This document shows positions 1 through 8,977 of a stretch of DNA of 64,000 bases, piece after piece. Every line of letters starts with the position of its first letter. The first letter of the stretch is position 1. The position numbers and the translations under genes were made by a program. Origin of the DNA: an uncultured Verrucomicrobiae bacterium (GTDB taxonomy: Bacteria; Verrucomicrobiota; Verrucomicrobiia; Chthoniobacterales; Chthoniobacteraceae); contig CAWIKF010000002.1 in NCBI GenBank assembly GCA_963836755.1, positions 256,001-320,000 on the forward strand, written 5' to 3'. The notes beneath the pieces were generated by a model. The model did not search any database and was not told where the DNA came from. It saw only the letters and a list, made by a program, of their open reading frames with translations.

Positions 1-265
1 AGATGTGGCCGGCGGGCAGCAGCGTGATATTGAGGCCGCGGATTTGCGCGGGCTGACCGAACTCGAGCGCGTGCTCGTGCCGCTGGCCAGGCAGTCGCTC
101 TTGCATCAGCAGAGCAGTCGGTTTCGACAAAACGACTTCGGCGTGACGCGCGGTGTGATCGCTGTGCGCGTGCGAGACAAAGGCGAACGGCTTCGGATCC
201 CACGGGTCGAGCCAGATGTTTTGCGCGGGCAGCTCGATGCCGCGCTGGAAACGGACGGGAATCAT
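1..265 (-). CDS. N-terminus of an MBL/beta-CASP-type nuclease (ligase-associated exonuclease-like); runs off the window edge
   Basis: Hand translation from ATG at 265: MIPVRFQRGIELPAQNIWLDPWDPKPFAFVSHAHSDH...ITLLPAGHI, with HxHxDH and PAGH motifs. Not in the ORF track. Confidence 0.8.
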   Translation of the reverse strand, partial: MIPVRFQRGIELPAQNIWLDPWDPKPFAFVSHAHSDHTARHAEVVLSKPTALLMQERLPGQRHEHALEFGQPAQIRGLNITLLPAGHI

Positions 266-321
266 CTGTCAAAAATGTTCTCGTCGTTACTTCGTCGGGC
301 GCGGCGGCGCGGGGGCGATGA

Positions 322-350
322 TTGACAGCGCAAATGCGAGCGGCTTTTAT
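322..350 (+). promoter_or_regulatory. Putative sigma70 promoter TTGACA-N17-TTTTAT, 7 nt before ATG 358
   Basis: Perfect -35 hexamer and canonical spacing; weak -10. Confidence 0.45.
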
Positions 351-357
351 TTCGGGC

Positions 358-867
358 ATGAAATGTTTTGCCGGCTTCGCGGTAGCGCTGCTGCTGACCG
401 CGACGGCCTTTTGCGCGGAAGCGCCGCGCCTGATGCAAAATGTCAATGTGCTGCCGCTGGCGCTGGACGATCATTTTCAATTTCGCAAGACGGAGATTTT
501 TTTAAACGACTCGCAGTATTTGAAGCCGACGAGCGACCCGATGCTGCAATTCGAGCGGCAGCGTGTGAATTTTAAAGCGGTCACAGCCGTCGATAAGACA
601 GAACGACGTGGACACTATTTTTCTTTTTTTTGGCGTGCGCTGCGGCCGGCGAAGGTCACGGTGCGCCTGGAATATCGGCAGCAAAATCTCGGCTCCTATG
701 TGCAAGCGCGTGAAGTTTCCTATGAGCACGCGAAGGGATCGAAGGAAACAAACTTTCAAGTCGTGGGTGACGACTATCTCCAGGACGGCCGCATCACGGC
801 GTGGCGCGCGCTGTTGATCGTGGATGGGAAAATAGTGGGGCTGACGCAATCTTTTCTTTGGAATTGA
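358..867 (+). CDS. Secreted hypothetical protein
   Basis: ORF 322..867; ATG 358 gives a signal-peptide-like start MKCFAGFAVALLLTATAFCA. Confidence 0.7.
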   Translation: MKCFAGFAVALLLTATAFCAEAPRLMQNVNVLPLALDDHFQFRKTEIFLNDSQYLKPTSDPMLQFERQRVNFKAVTAVDKTERRGHYFSFFWRALRPAKVTVRLEYRQQNLGSYVQAREVSYEHAKGSKETNFQVVGDDYLQDGRITAWRALLIVDGKIVGLTQSFLWN

Positions 868-909
868 ACCTTCTTAGCAAAACGCGGCTGGAGCCATGCG
901 CTGGCTGGA

Positions 910-939
910 TTGACAGGCGGCGCGGCGGCTCGTTATATT
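910..939 (+). promoter_or_regulatory. Putative sigma70 promoter TTGACA-N18-TATATT for the STAS-PP2C-grpE-dnaJ unit
   Basis: Near-consensus hexamers upstream of GTG 953. Confidence 0.55.
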
Positions 940-952
940 TTCCAGAGATTCG

Positions 953-1456
953 GTGAGCACATCTCCGTCCATCTTAGTCGGCTGCTCAAACAAGATCGTC
1001 TGGATCAAAGTCGAGGGCAAAGGCTCGTTCCTCAACAGCGCGGGGATGAAGGAATTTTCCAAGGAGATGATCAACCGCGGCCATCGGGAATTTGTCGTCG
1101 ATCTAAAAGCGTGTCCGGTGATGGATTCCACTTTCATGGGCACGCTCGCGATGATCGCGCTGCGGCTGCGCGATCTCGGGCAGGGAAATTTGCACGTGGT
1201 GAATTTGAACGAACGCAATCACGACCTGCTCTCGAATCTCGGGCTCGACCAACTTTTTACCATGGATATGTGTGGAGTGAAAACGGACGAGCCGACTGCG
1301 AGCGAGCTGGTCGAGCCGGCGGGCACGGAGCGCAAGGCCCAGGCGCAGACAATGCTGGAAGCGCACGAAGCGCTCGTCGAGGCCGATGCGGAAAATCTGA
1401 CGAAATTCAAGGACGTCCTCGAATACCTGAAACAAGATTTGCACGCGGCGGAGTGA
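953..1456 (+). CDS. STAS-domain anti-sigma factor antagonist
   Basis: VVDLKACPVMDSTFMG matches the SpoIIAA/RsbV phospho-Ser motif; LGLDQLF. Confidence 0.85.
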   Translation: MSTSPSILVGCSNKIVWIKVEGKGSFLNSAGMKEFSKEMINRGHREFVVDLKACPVMDSTFMGTLAMIALRLRDLGQGNLHVVNLNERNHDLLSNLGLDQLFTMDMCGVKTDEPTASELVEPAGTERKAQAQTMLEAHEALVEADAENLTKFKDVLEYLKQDLHAAE

Positions 1457-1465
1457 TTCGGCGGC

Positions 1466-2896
1466 ATGTGGAGCATTCTTTTTGCAGGGCTGCTTATTGC
1501 CAGTTGGGTGGGATTTTTCCTTAGGGATCGGAGTCAAAAAAGCCTGATCGCGGCGGCGAACAAGGCGCGTCAAAAGGTCGAGATGGAGGAGAGCCGGGTC
1601 TTCGAATTTTTGCACGGGCTCGGCGAAGCGTTTTCCTCGGAAATCCGGCCGGACGATCTGCACCGGCTAATCGTTGAGGGCGCGGTGCGAATTTTGCAGG
1701 CGCAGGGCGGTGCGCTTTACATGGCGAACCGCGCAGGGACGGCGCTCGGGGCGCGGTTTATTTCCAAGAGCTGTCCGCCGCTTCTCGAAGTGGCGTCGGG
1801 AGTTTTACAACAGTCGGAGATGAATCCGGCGGCGAGCGCCGCTTACCTGCGGCAGCACGAGATCGAGTTGGGCGAGGGCATCATCGGCCGCGTGTGGCGC
1901 GACCAGGAGCCGCTGCTGCTCACAGGCGCGGACACGCGCCTCGCGCAACTGCGCGATGCGTCGCTGCGCACGGAGTCGGCGATGTTCTCGCCACTGATCT
2001 ACGGCGCGCAGAATCTCGGTGTGCTCGCCGTCGCGAATGGGCCGATGAGCACGGCATTTTCCGAAAGTGATTTCGCTATTTTCAAAGCCATCGTCGAGCA
2101 GTCCGCCTTCGCGCTTTACAACGCGATCGTCTATTCGCAGGCCGACGAAAAAAAACGGCTCGATAGCGATTTGCAAATCGCGCAGGACATCCAGCGGATC
2201 CTGCTCCCATCAGCCTCGCCGCTGATGAACCGGTTCGAGCTCGATGGCATCAACCTGCCCGCGCGGCAGATGAGCGGCGACTACTACGGCTACATCAAAA
2301 TCGACGATCTCCGATGGGGTGTAGCCATCGCGGATGTGTCGGGCAAAGGCGTGCCCGCGTCACTCATCATGGCGATGTGCCGGAGTGTTTTGCGCAGCCA
2401 GGCATCGGGAAATGCGAGCGCCGCAGATGTTCTGCACAAAGTTAACAGACAGCTCTATCCGGATATCAAGGAGGACATGTTCATCAGCATGGCATACGTC
2501 GTCCTGGACGATGAAAGCGCAGGCGTCACCCTCTGCCGTGCGGGCCACGACGCGCCGCTGCTCTACTCGGCGCGCGAGCAATCGGTGACAAAGTTGAACC
2601 CGCCCGGCATGGCGCTCGGCATTGACAGCGGCGAGGTGTTCGATAGAATTACGGGCGATTTTCCGGTCACGCTCGAGTCAAACGATTGTTTAATTTTATA
2701 TACCGATGGTGTGACGGAAGCGTTGGACAGCCAAGGGCTGGAATTCGGCATGAAACGGATGATCCAGTCCATCCAGGCGAGCGCGCATGAAGGCGCGGCC
2801 GGAATCAAAAAGCGCCTGACCGACGACCTGCTGCGTTTCATCGGCAGCTACCCGCAAAATGACGACATTACCGTAATTGTGATCCGGAAAAAATGA
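1466..2896 (+). CDS. GAF + PP2C (SpoIIE/RsbU-type) serine phosphatase with N-terminal TM helix
   Basis: AQDIQRILLP, GDYY, IADVSGKG, RAGH, YTDG and DDIT motifs; GAF-like GEGIIGRV...LGVLAVAN. Confidence 0.9.
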   Translation: MWSILFAGLLIASWVGFFLRDRSQKSLIAAANKARQKVEMEESRVFEFLHGLGEAFSSEIRPDDLHRLIVEGAVRILQAQGGALYMANRAGTALGARFISKSCPPLLEVASGVLQQSEMNPAASAAYLRQHEIELGEGIIGRVWRDQEPLLLTGADTRLAQLRDASLRTESAMFSPLIYGAQNLGVLAVANGPMSTAFSESDFAIFKAIVEQSAFALYNAIVYSQADEKKRLDSDLQIAQDIQRILLPSASPLMNRFELDGINLPARQMSGDYYGYIKIDDLRWGVAIADVSGKGVPASLIMAMCRSVLRSQASGNASAADVLHKVNRQLYPDIKEDMFISMAYVVLDDESAGVTLCRAGHDAPLLYSAREQSVTKLNPPGMALGIDSGEVFDRITGDFPVTLESNDCLILYTDGVTEALDSQGLEFGMKRMIQSIQASAHEGAAGIKKRLTDDLLRFIGSYPQNDDITVIVIRKK

Positions 2897-3429
2897 GCGA
2901 CGAAAATTTAAAAGAGAACACTTCCAACGAAGAAAAACCGGCTGAAGCGTCGGTGGAAACGCAGGAGGACGAGCTTGGGAAACTGCAGAGCGATCTCACG
3001 CGTTTCCGCGATCTCGCGATGCGCAGCCAGGCGGATTTTGACAACTTCCGCAAGCGCGCCTCGCGCGAAAGAGACGATGCCGTGAAATATGCGAACGCAT
3101 CTTTTCTCGAGCGGCTCATCCCGATCATCGACAACTTCGAGCTCGGGCTCAATGCGGCGAAAAACGATGCGAAAAATTCCCCGATTCTCGCCGGCTTGGA
3201 AATGGTCGCGAAGCAGCTCACCGATTTTTTGAGCGAAAGCGGAGCGGTCGCGATCGATGCCGCCGGTCAAAAATTTGATCCGAATCTGCACGAGGCCATC
3301 AGCCAAGAAGCGAGCGCGGAGATCCCCGAGGGCCACGTCGTGCGGCAAGTGCGCAAGGGTTTCAAGCTGAAGGACCGGCTGCTGCGCCCGGCGAACGTGA
3401 TTGTCTCGAAGGGCAAATCCGCCGCGTAG
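2893..3429 (+). CDS. grpE: Nucleotide exchange factor GrpE
   Basis: ADFDNFRKR, FDPNLHEA, RLLRPANVIV. Confidence 0.97.
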   Translation: MSDENLKENTSNEEKPAEASVETQEDELGKLQSDLTRFRDLAMRSQADFDNFRKRASRERDDAVKYANASFLERLIPIIDNFELGLNAAKNDAKNSPILAGLEMVAKQLTDFLSESGAVAIDAAGQKFDPNLHEAISQEASAEIPEGHVVRQVRKGFKLKDRLLRPANVIVSKGKSAA

Positions 3430-3453
3430 TTTTCAGTGCAACCCGTTCCTGCC

Positions 3454-4608
3454 ATGGCTGCCACAAAGCGCGATTATTATGAGGTTATCGAGGTCGAGCG
3501 CACCGCGACCACGGATGAAATCAAGCGTTCGTATCGCAAGCTCGCGGTGAAATTTCATCCCGACAAAAATCCGGACGACAAAACGGCCGAGGAAAAATTC
3601 AAGGAGCTCGGTGAAGCTTACGACGTGCTGATGGATGCGGACAAACGCGCGGCTTACGATCGCTACGGGCACGCCGCTTTTGCGCAAGGCACTGCGGCCG
3701 CGGGCGCCGGCGGATTTCACGATCCGTTCGATATTTTCCGGGAAGTTTTTGGCGCGAGCGGCGGCGGGGGTGGCGGCGGAATTTTCGAGCAATTTTTCGG
3801 CGGCGCCGGCGCGCAACGCGACAATCAAGGGCGTCAGCGCGGCTCGGATTTGCGTTACGATTTGCAGATCCGTCTCGAGGAAGCTGCGCACGGCTGCGAA
3901 AAAGAAATCGAAGTCACGAAGCTCGACGCTTGCGGGCGCTGCGGCGGCACTGGCGCCGAGGCCGGCTCGCGAGTGACGAGCTGTCCGGCTTGCGGCGGGC
4001 GCGGCCAGGTCGTCAGCTCGCGCGGATTTTTTCAAGTCGCGCAAACGTGCCCGCGCTGCCGCGGCACCGGGCAGATCGTGGAAAAACCGTGCAAGGAGTG
4101 CGACGGCGAAGGGCGCGCGGAAAATACCTCGCGGATCAAATTAAAAATCCCCGCTGGCATTCAGGATGGCTCGCGGCTGCGCTCCTCGCGCAACGGCGAA
4201 GCGGGCATCCGCGGCGGCACGCCGGGCGATCTTTACGTCGTCATTCACATTCATGAGCACGAGGTTTTCGAGCGGCAGGAGGATAACCTTTACTGCGAAG
4301 TGCCGGTGACGTTTTCTGTGGCCGCGCTCGGTGGCGAAATCCGCGTGCCGACGCTCGAGGGGCAGGCGAGTTTGAAATTGCCAGCGGGAACACAAGGTTC
4401 GACGATGTTTAAGCTTCGTGGAAAGGGAATGCCGGCGCTCAATTCCAGCTCGCGCGGTGATTTGATGGTCCGTGTGCTCGTGGAGGTGCCGACGCGGCTC
4501 AATGCGGAGCAGCGCAAAAAACTGGAGGAGTTTGCCGCATTGATGGGCGATGAAAACACTCCGTTGCACAAAAGTTTTTTTGAAAAAGCGCGCGAGTTTT
4601 TCCGCTAG
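3454..4608 (+). CDS. dnaJ: Chaperone DnaJ
   Basis: J domain with HPD, G/F-rich linker, four CxxCxGxG repeats; start at ATG 3454. Confidence 0.98.
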   Translation: MAATKRDYYEVIEVERTATTDEIKRSYRKLAVKFHPDKNPDDKTAEEKFKELGEAYDVLMDADKRAAYDRYGHAAFAQGTAAAGAGGFHDPFDIFREVFGASGGGGGGGIFEQFFGGAGAQRDNQGRQRGSDLRYDLQIRLEEAAHGCEKEIEVTKLDACGRCGGTGAEAGSRVTSCPACGGRGQVVSSRGFFQVAQTCPRCRGTGQIVEKPCKECDGEGRAENTSRIKLKIPAGIQDGSRLRSSRNGEAGIRGGTPGDLYVVIHIHEHEVFERQEDNLYCEVPVTFSVAALGGEIRVPTLEGQASLKLPAGTQGSTMFKLRGKGMPALNSSSRGDLMVRVLVEVPTRLNAEQRKKLEEFAALMGDENTPLHKSFFEKAREFFR

Positions 4609-4610
4609 CG

Positions 4611-5357
4611 ATGCACCGTTTTTACATTCCGCCCGCGCAGTGGAATCTCGACCGGCTCGTGCTCGATGAGGGCGAGACGCATCACGCGACCGATGTGCTG
4701 CGGATGAAAGTTGGCGAGCGCGCGGTCGTCTTCAATGGCCGCGGCGCGGAGGCGACGGTGGAGATCGCGGCGATGGAAAAAAGTTCGGTGATGCTGCGCC
4801 GGCTGCACCACACATCGACCGCACCGCTCGCGTGCGCGATCACGCTCGGGCAGGCGATTCCGAAGGGAAAAAACATGGACCTGATCGTGCAAAAGGCGAC
4901 AGAGCTGGGCGCGGCCGCGATCGCACCGCTGCTGAGCGAGCGGACGGTGATTCAATTTGACGCGGACGAAGCGGCGAGAAAGCAGGCAAAGTGGCAGGCG
5001 GTCGCGATCGAGGCGGCGAAGCAATGCGGTCAAAATTGGCTGCCGCAAATCCATCGGCCTGCATCGCCGAGGGAATTTTTCCAAGCAGGTCATCGCTTCG
5101 ATTTCATGCTCATCGCGTCGCTGCAATCCGACTCGCTGCATTTAAAAAAACTGCTCGCGGAATTCAGCGGAAAAAATCCGGCGAGCGTGTTGATTCTTGT
5201 CGGCCCGGAAGGTGATTTTACGCCGGCGGAAATTGCGCTTGCGAAAAGCCACGGCTGCCGGCCGATCACGCTCGGCCCGATCATTCTCCGCACCGAGACA
5301 GCGGCGATTTATTGCCTCAGCGTCCTGAGCTACGAGCTCCTCTCCCGCGGCGGATGA
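4611..5357 (+). CDS. rsmE: 16S rRNA m3U1498 methyltransferase
   Basis: QKATELG, EAAKQCG, VGPEGDF, LGPIILRTETA. Confidence 0.96.
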   Translation: MHRFYIPPAQWNLDRLVLDEGETHHATDVLRMKVGERAVVFNGRGAEATVEIAAMEKSSVMLRRLHHTSTAPLACAITLGQAIPKGKNMDLIVQKATELGAAAIAPLLSERTVIQFDADEAARKQAKWQAVAIEAAKQCGQNWLPQIHRPASPREFFQAGHRFDFMLIASLQSDSLHLKKLLAEFSGKNPASVLILVGPEGDFTPAEIALAKSHGCRPITLGPIILRTETAAIYCLSVLSYELLSRGG

Positions 5358-6532
5358 GCAAGCCGCTTTCGGAAAAAGCGAAGCCAAAGTCGGGAATCTG
5401 GCTCCTCGTTTTTCTCGAAATTGCAGGCTTCGCGTTGCTCTATTTTCTTTCGGTCCGGCCGATGCTGAAAATCGTCGATGCGCGGCATTGGAATGCGACG
5501 CCGTGCGTGATCGTGAGCAGCCGCGTCGGGCGGCATCAGGGCAGCAAAGGCGGATACACTTACAGCGTCGATCTCGTTTATAATTACGCCGCGTCAGGGC
5601 AAATCCTCACGGGAGAGCGCTATGAATTTCTCGGCGGTTCATCCAGTGGCTATGCCGGAAAAGCGAAAGTCGTCGCGCAGTTTCCGCGCGGCATGCACAC
5701 GATTTGTTACGTCAATCCGCTCGATCCGTCAGATGCGGTGATCGAGCGCGGATTCACGTCGGATCTTTGGCTCGGATTGCTCCCGCTGGCGATGATCGGA
5801 TTTGGCGCGTTCGGGATTTTTTCTTTGAGAAAAAAAGCGAAAGCGCGTGACGCCGCTCCGTGGGAAACGGCTGGAATGCAGCATCCATCGGACTTTGCGG
5901 CCATTCCAGTCGCGCCGATTGAGATTCGTCCATCGTCCTCTCCGTTTGCGAAATTCGCCGGCGTGAGCGTCTTCGCGATTTTTTGGAACGGCTTCATCTT
6001 GTTCGTTATCGTCCAAAATTTTCAAAACCGGCACGGCGTGCTGCCCGATTGGGGACTCGCGCTATTCATGGTGCCGTTTGTGTTGGTCGGCGTCGGATTG
6101 CTCGCGATCGTGGTCTCGGCTTTTTTTTCCCTCTTCAATCCGCGCATCCACCTCACGATCAGTCCGGGCGCAGTCCCGCTCGGCGAACCTTTTAAATTAG
6201 AATGGAGAACGGAAGGCCGGATCGACCGGATTTCGCGGTTGCGAATCTGGCTTGAGGGGAGTGAAAATGCGACCTACCAAAGCGGCAAAAATACGACCAC
6301 CGCGAAGAATATTTTCTCGACGATCGAAATCGTAAACACGACGAGCCCCGAGGAATTTGCTGCGCGGGAGACGAGCCTCACGCTGCCGCGCCGAGCGATG
6401 CATTCGTTCGACTCGGGGAACAATAAAATCGTCTGGACGATCCGTGTCCGCGGCGAAATCGCGCGCTGGCCGGACGTGGCGGAAGATTTTCCGATGGCCG
6501 TTCTGCCGCTGCGAATGGAGGCGCGGCGATGA
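5354..6532 (+). CDS. Membrane protein, DUF3592-like N-terminus with a C-terminal beta-sandwich-like domain
   Basis: TM helices around W...CVIVSS...YNY...CYVNPLDPSDAVIER; ATGA overlap with rsmE. Confidence 0.7.
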   Translation: MSKPLSEKAKPKSGIWLLVFLEIAGFALLYFLSVRPMLKIVDARHWNATPCVIVSSRVGRHQGSKGGYTYSVDLVYNYAASGQILTGERYEFLGGSSSGYAGKAKVVAQFPRGMHTICYVNPLDPSDAVIERGFTSDLWLGLLPLAMIGFGAFGIFSLRKKAKARDAAPWETAGMQHPSDFAAIPVAPIEIRPSSSPFAKFAGVSVFAIFWNGFILFVIVQNFQNRHGVLPDWGLALFMVPFVLVGVGLLAIVVSAFFSLFNPRIHLTISPGAVPLGEPFKLEWRTEGRIDRISRLRIWLEGSENATYQSGKNTTTAKNIFSTIEIVNTTSPEEFAARETSLTLPRRAMHSFDSGNNKIVWTIRVRGEIARWPDVAEDFPMAVLPLRMEARR

Positions 6533-6921
6533 CTGAAATGAAAATTGGCATGCGCAAGCAGCCCGCGGAATTTTCGCCGGGAGAGAAAATTGATGGCGCC
6601 GCGCAATGGCTGCTCGAGCGTGCGCCGACGGCGGTCGAGGTGCGGCTCCTCTGGCACACGCGCGGGCGCGGAACCGAGGATGTGAGCGTCGCGGAAACTG
6701 TGCGTTTTGATGCGCCGTTGCGCGACGAGACTCGCTCTTTCAGCGTCGTCGCGCCTGGCGCACCTTACAGTTTCTCGGGAAAGCTGATCACGCTGGAATG
6801 GGCTCTGGAGCTGGTTGCGCTGCCGTCTGAAGAAAATGCGCGCGTCGATATCGTGATCGCGCCGGACGGAAAATCGATCAATCTGTTGGAGCAAAGTTTA
6901 GACGAAAAAATCGCGGACTGA
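6529..6921 (+). CDS. Hypothetical protein (beta-sandwich, arrestin/SpoOM-like)
   Basis: ATGA overlap; PYSFSGKLITLEWALELV resembles the C-terminus of the upstream gene. Confidence 0.65.
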   Translation: MTEMKIGMRKQPAEFSPGEKIDGAAQWLLERAPTAVEVRLLWHTRGRGTEDVSVAETVRFDAPLRDETRSFSVVAPGAPYSFSGKLITLEWALELVALPSEENARVDIVIAPDGKSINLLEQSLDEKIAD

Positions 6922-6943
6922 AATCAAATCGAGCGACTTTTGT

Positions 6944-7819
6944 TCAGACAAAGTCGTGGACGTTGACGCCCTGCACGCTGCGGAGCTGCACGTCGCCGGC
7001 TTCCAGGCCGAGCGCGTTTTCGGCGACGCGCAAAAAATCGTCGGGCTTGTCGGTGAGGGCGATGTCGAGTTTTCCGAGATGATCCTCCGGCACCGAAAGT
7101 TTTTGTTTATTCAACAACTTTTTCACAGCGAGCGCGCAGTTGTGCGCCGAGTCGACAAGTTTGATTTCCGAGCCAGTGAATTTCTCGATTGAGGCAGCGA
7201 GCAGCGGATAGTGCGTGCAGCCGAGCACAAGCGTGTCGATGCCGGCGCGGACGATTTTTTCGAGGTAACGCCGGATGATCTGGTCGCTGATCGCATCGTC
7301 GAGCCAGCCTTGCTCGATGAGCGGGACGAGCATCGGACATGCTGCGCTCGTCACGCGCAGATCGGGGTCGAGCGCTTGGATGGCGCGTTCGTATGCGCGG
7401 GAATAAATGGTCGCGCGAGTGCCGATGACGCCGATGTTTCCGTTGCGCGTGGCGGCGACGGCGGCGCGCGCGCCGGGCTCGATCACGCCGACGATGGGCA
7501 CTTTTAAAATTTCCTGAAGCCGCGGAATGGCGAGCGCGGAAGCTGTATTACAGGCGACAACGATCATTTTCGCGTTCTCAGCGAGCAGCAGGCCGGTAAT
7601 TTCCACAGCATATCGCTCGATCGTCTCCTGACTTTTGCCGCCGTAGGGAACGCGCGCGGTGTCGCCGATGTAGAAAATGTCTTCGCCCGGCAGCAGGCTG
7701 CGCATCGCGCTGGCGACGGTGAGCCCGCCGATGCCGGAATCGAAAACGCCGATCGGCTGGACTTTTGGCTTTTCCTCCGCGGACGATTCCCGCGCGCGTT
7801 TCGGGCGCGGCGGTTTCAA
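6944..7819 (-). CDS. murI: Glutamate racemase
   Basis: PIGVFDSGIGG, VPYG, VACNTA, LGCTHYP; in-frame TTG start overlapping the amidase stop (start uncertain). Confidence 0.95.
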   Translation of the reverse strand: MKPPRPKRARESSAEEKPKVQPIGVFDSGIGGLTVASAMRSLLPGEDIFYIGDTARVPYGGKSQETIERYAVEITGLLLAENAKMIVVACNTASALAIPRLQEILKVPIVGVIEPGARAAVAATRNGNIGVIGTRATIYSRAYERAIQALDPDLRVTSAACPMLVPLIEQGWLDDAISDQIIRRYLEKIVRAGIDTLVLGCTHYPLLAASIEKFTGSEIKLVDSAHNCALAVKKLLNKQKLSVPEDHLGKLDIALTDKPDDFLRVAENALGLEAGDVQLRSVQGVNVHDFV

Positions 7820-8865
7820 TTGGCCGTCGGAATCACGACCATCGGCGCAGTCGGCTTTTTTGGTGCGTCGCCGTTGCCTGCGACGAGCGTCTGCGGCGTA
7901 TCGGGAGAAAGTGCGCGGCGGTAGTTTTGCACGGCGGTGACGATGCACGCGGCGAGGGTTTGACGATAAGAAACGCTGGCGATTTTCCGCGCGTCGTTTT
8001 CGTTGCTCAAAAATCCGCCTTCGATGAGGACGCCCGGAATTTTTATGTCGCGGATGACGACGAAGCGCGCGCGCTTGATGCCGCGATCGTAAAGCTGCGA
8101 GTGGCAGACGACGGAGGCGTGCATCGCGGTGGCGAGCGCCATGTTTTCGGCGTCGCAAACGTTGCCGGCGCACGGCTGCAGGTCGGAAAGGCGTGGGCCG
8201 TCAGCGGCCATCGACGGGACGCCGCGCGGCGCGAGCGTGTAGGTTTCGACGCCGCTCGCATTGGCGCCGCCGGAGTTGAAATGGATCGCGACGAAAAGCG
8301 CGTTCGGATATTGGTTGGCGATCCGCACGCGATCTTCGAGCGGGACGAAAATATCCGTCGCGCGTGTCATCACCACGTTCAGTCCGTTCTCCTCCAGCAA
8401 AGGCTTCGCACGGAGAGCCACGTCGAGCGCGTAAGTTTTTTCATTGCCCCAAAAACTCATCGCGCCGTTGTCATGCCCGCCGTGGCCGGGATCGAGCACG
8501 ATGGTGCTGACCTGTGCGGCGTCCTTGATTCGGCTCGGCCGCAGCACGGGCTCGATGACTTTCGTCAAGTCCATCCGCGACACGATCGGCTGGCCCTCGT
8601 ATTCGGAAATCGGGTAGCTGAGGATGAACTTCAGGTTGTTGATGAAAAGTTCGTTCGAGCCGGTCGAGCCGCGCAGGCTGCGATTCGGCTGGCCCATTTG
8701 AAGGCTGTTGCTGACGCGCTGCACGCGGCCGAGGCCGTAAAAGTCCGCCAGGTTTTGCAGCGTCACGTGATCGCGCCCGCCGCATTTGATCAGCTTCCAA
8801 TCCTCTGCCCGCGCGGTCGCGAGGGAGACGAGGACGAAAAAAAAGACGAGTCGGGGCCGGCGCAT
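7816..8865 (-). CDS. N-acetylmuramoyl-L-alanine amidase (Amidase_3), secreted
   Basis: IVLDPGHGGHD, EK, AIHFNS, LIEGGFLSN; signal peptide from ATG 8865. Confidence 0.92.
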   Translation of the reverse strand: MRRPRLVFFFVLVSLATARAEDWKLIKCGGRDHVTLQNLADFYGLGRVQRVSNSLQMGQPNRSLRGSTGSNELFINNLKFILSYPISEYEGQPIVSRMDLTKVIEPVLRPSRIKDAAQVSTIVLDPGHGGHDNGAMSFWGNEKTYALDVALRAKPLLEENGLNVVMTRATDIFVPLEDRVRIANQYPNALFVAIHFNSGGANASGVETYTLAPRGVPSMAADGPRLSDLQPCAGNVCDAENMALATAMHASVVCHSQLYDRGIKRARFVVIRDIKIPGVLIEGGFLSNENDARKIASVSYRQTLAACIVTAVQNYRRALSPDTPQTLVAGNGDAPKKPTAPMVVIPTAN

Positions 8866-8977
8866 CGCGGGGCAAAAAGTGCCTCCCTGCGCGGCGCAAG
8901 GCAAGCGTTTTTCAGGCTCGTCGCGGCAGCCGCTTCGCATTTACAAAGCCGGCTTTTTCGCCAGATTGAACACCCGC

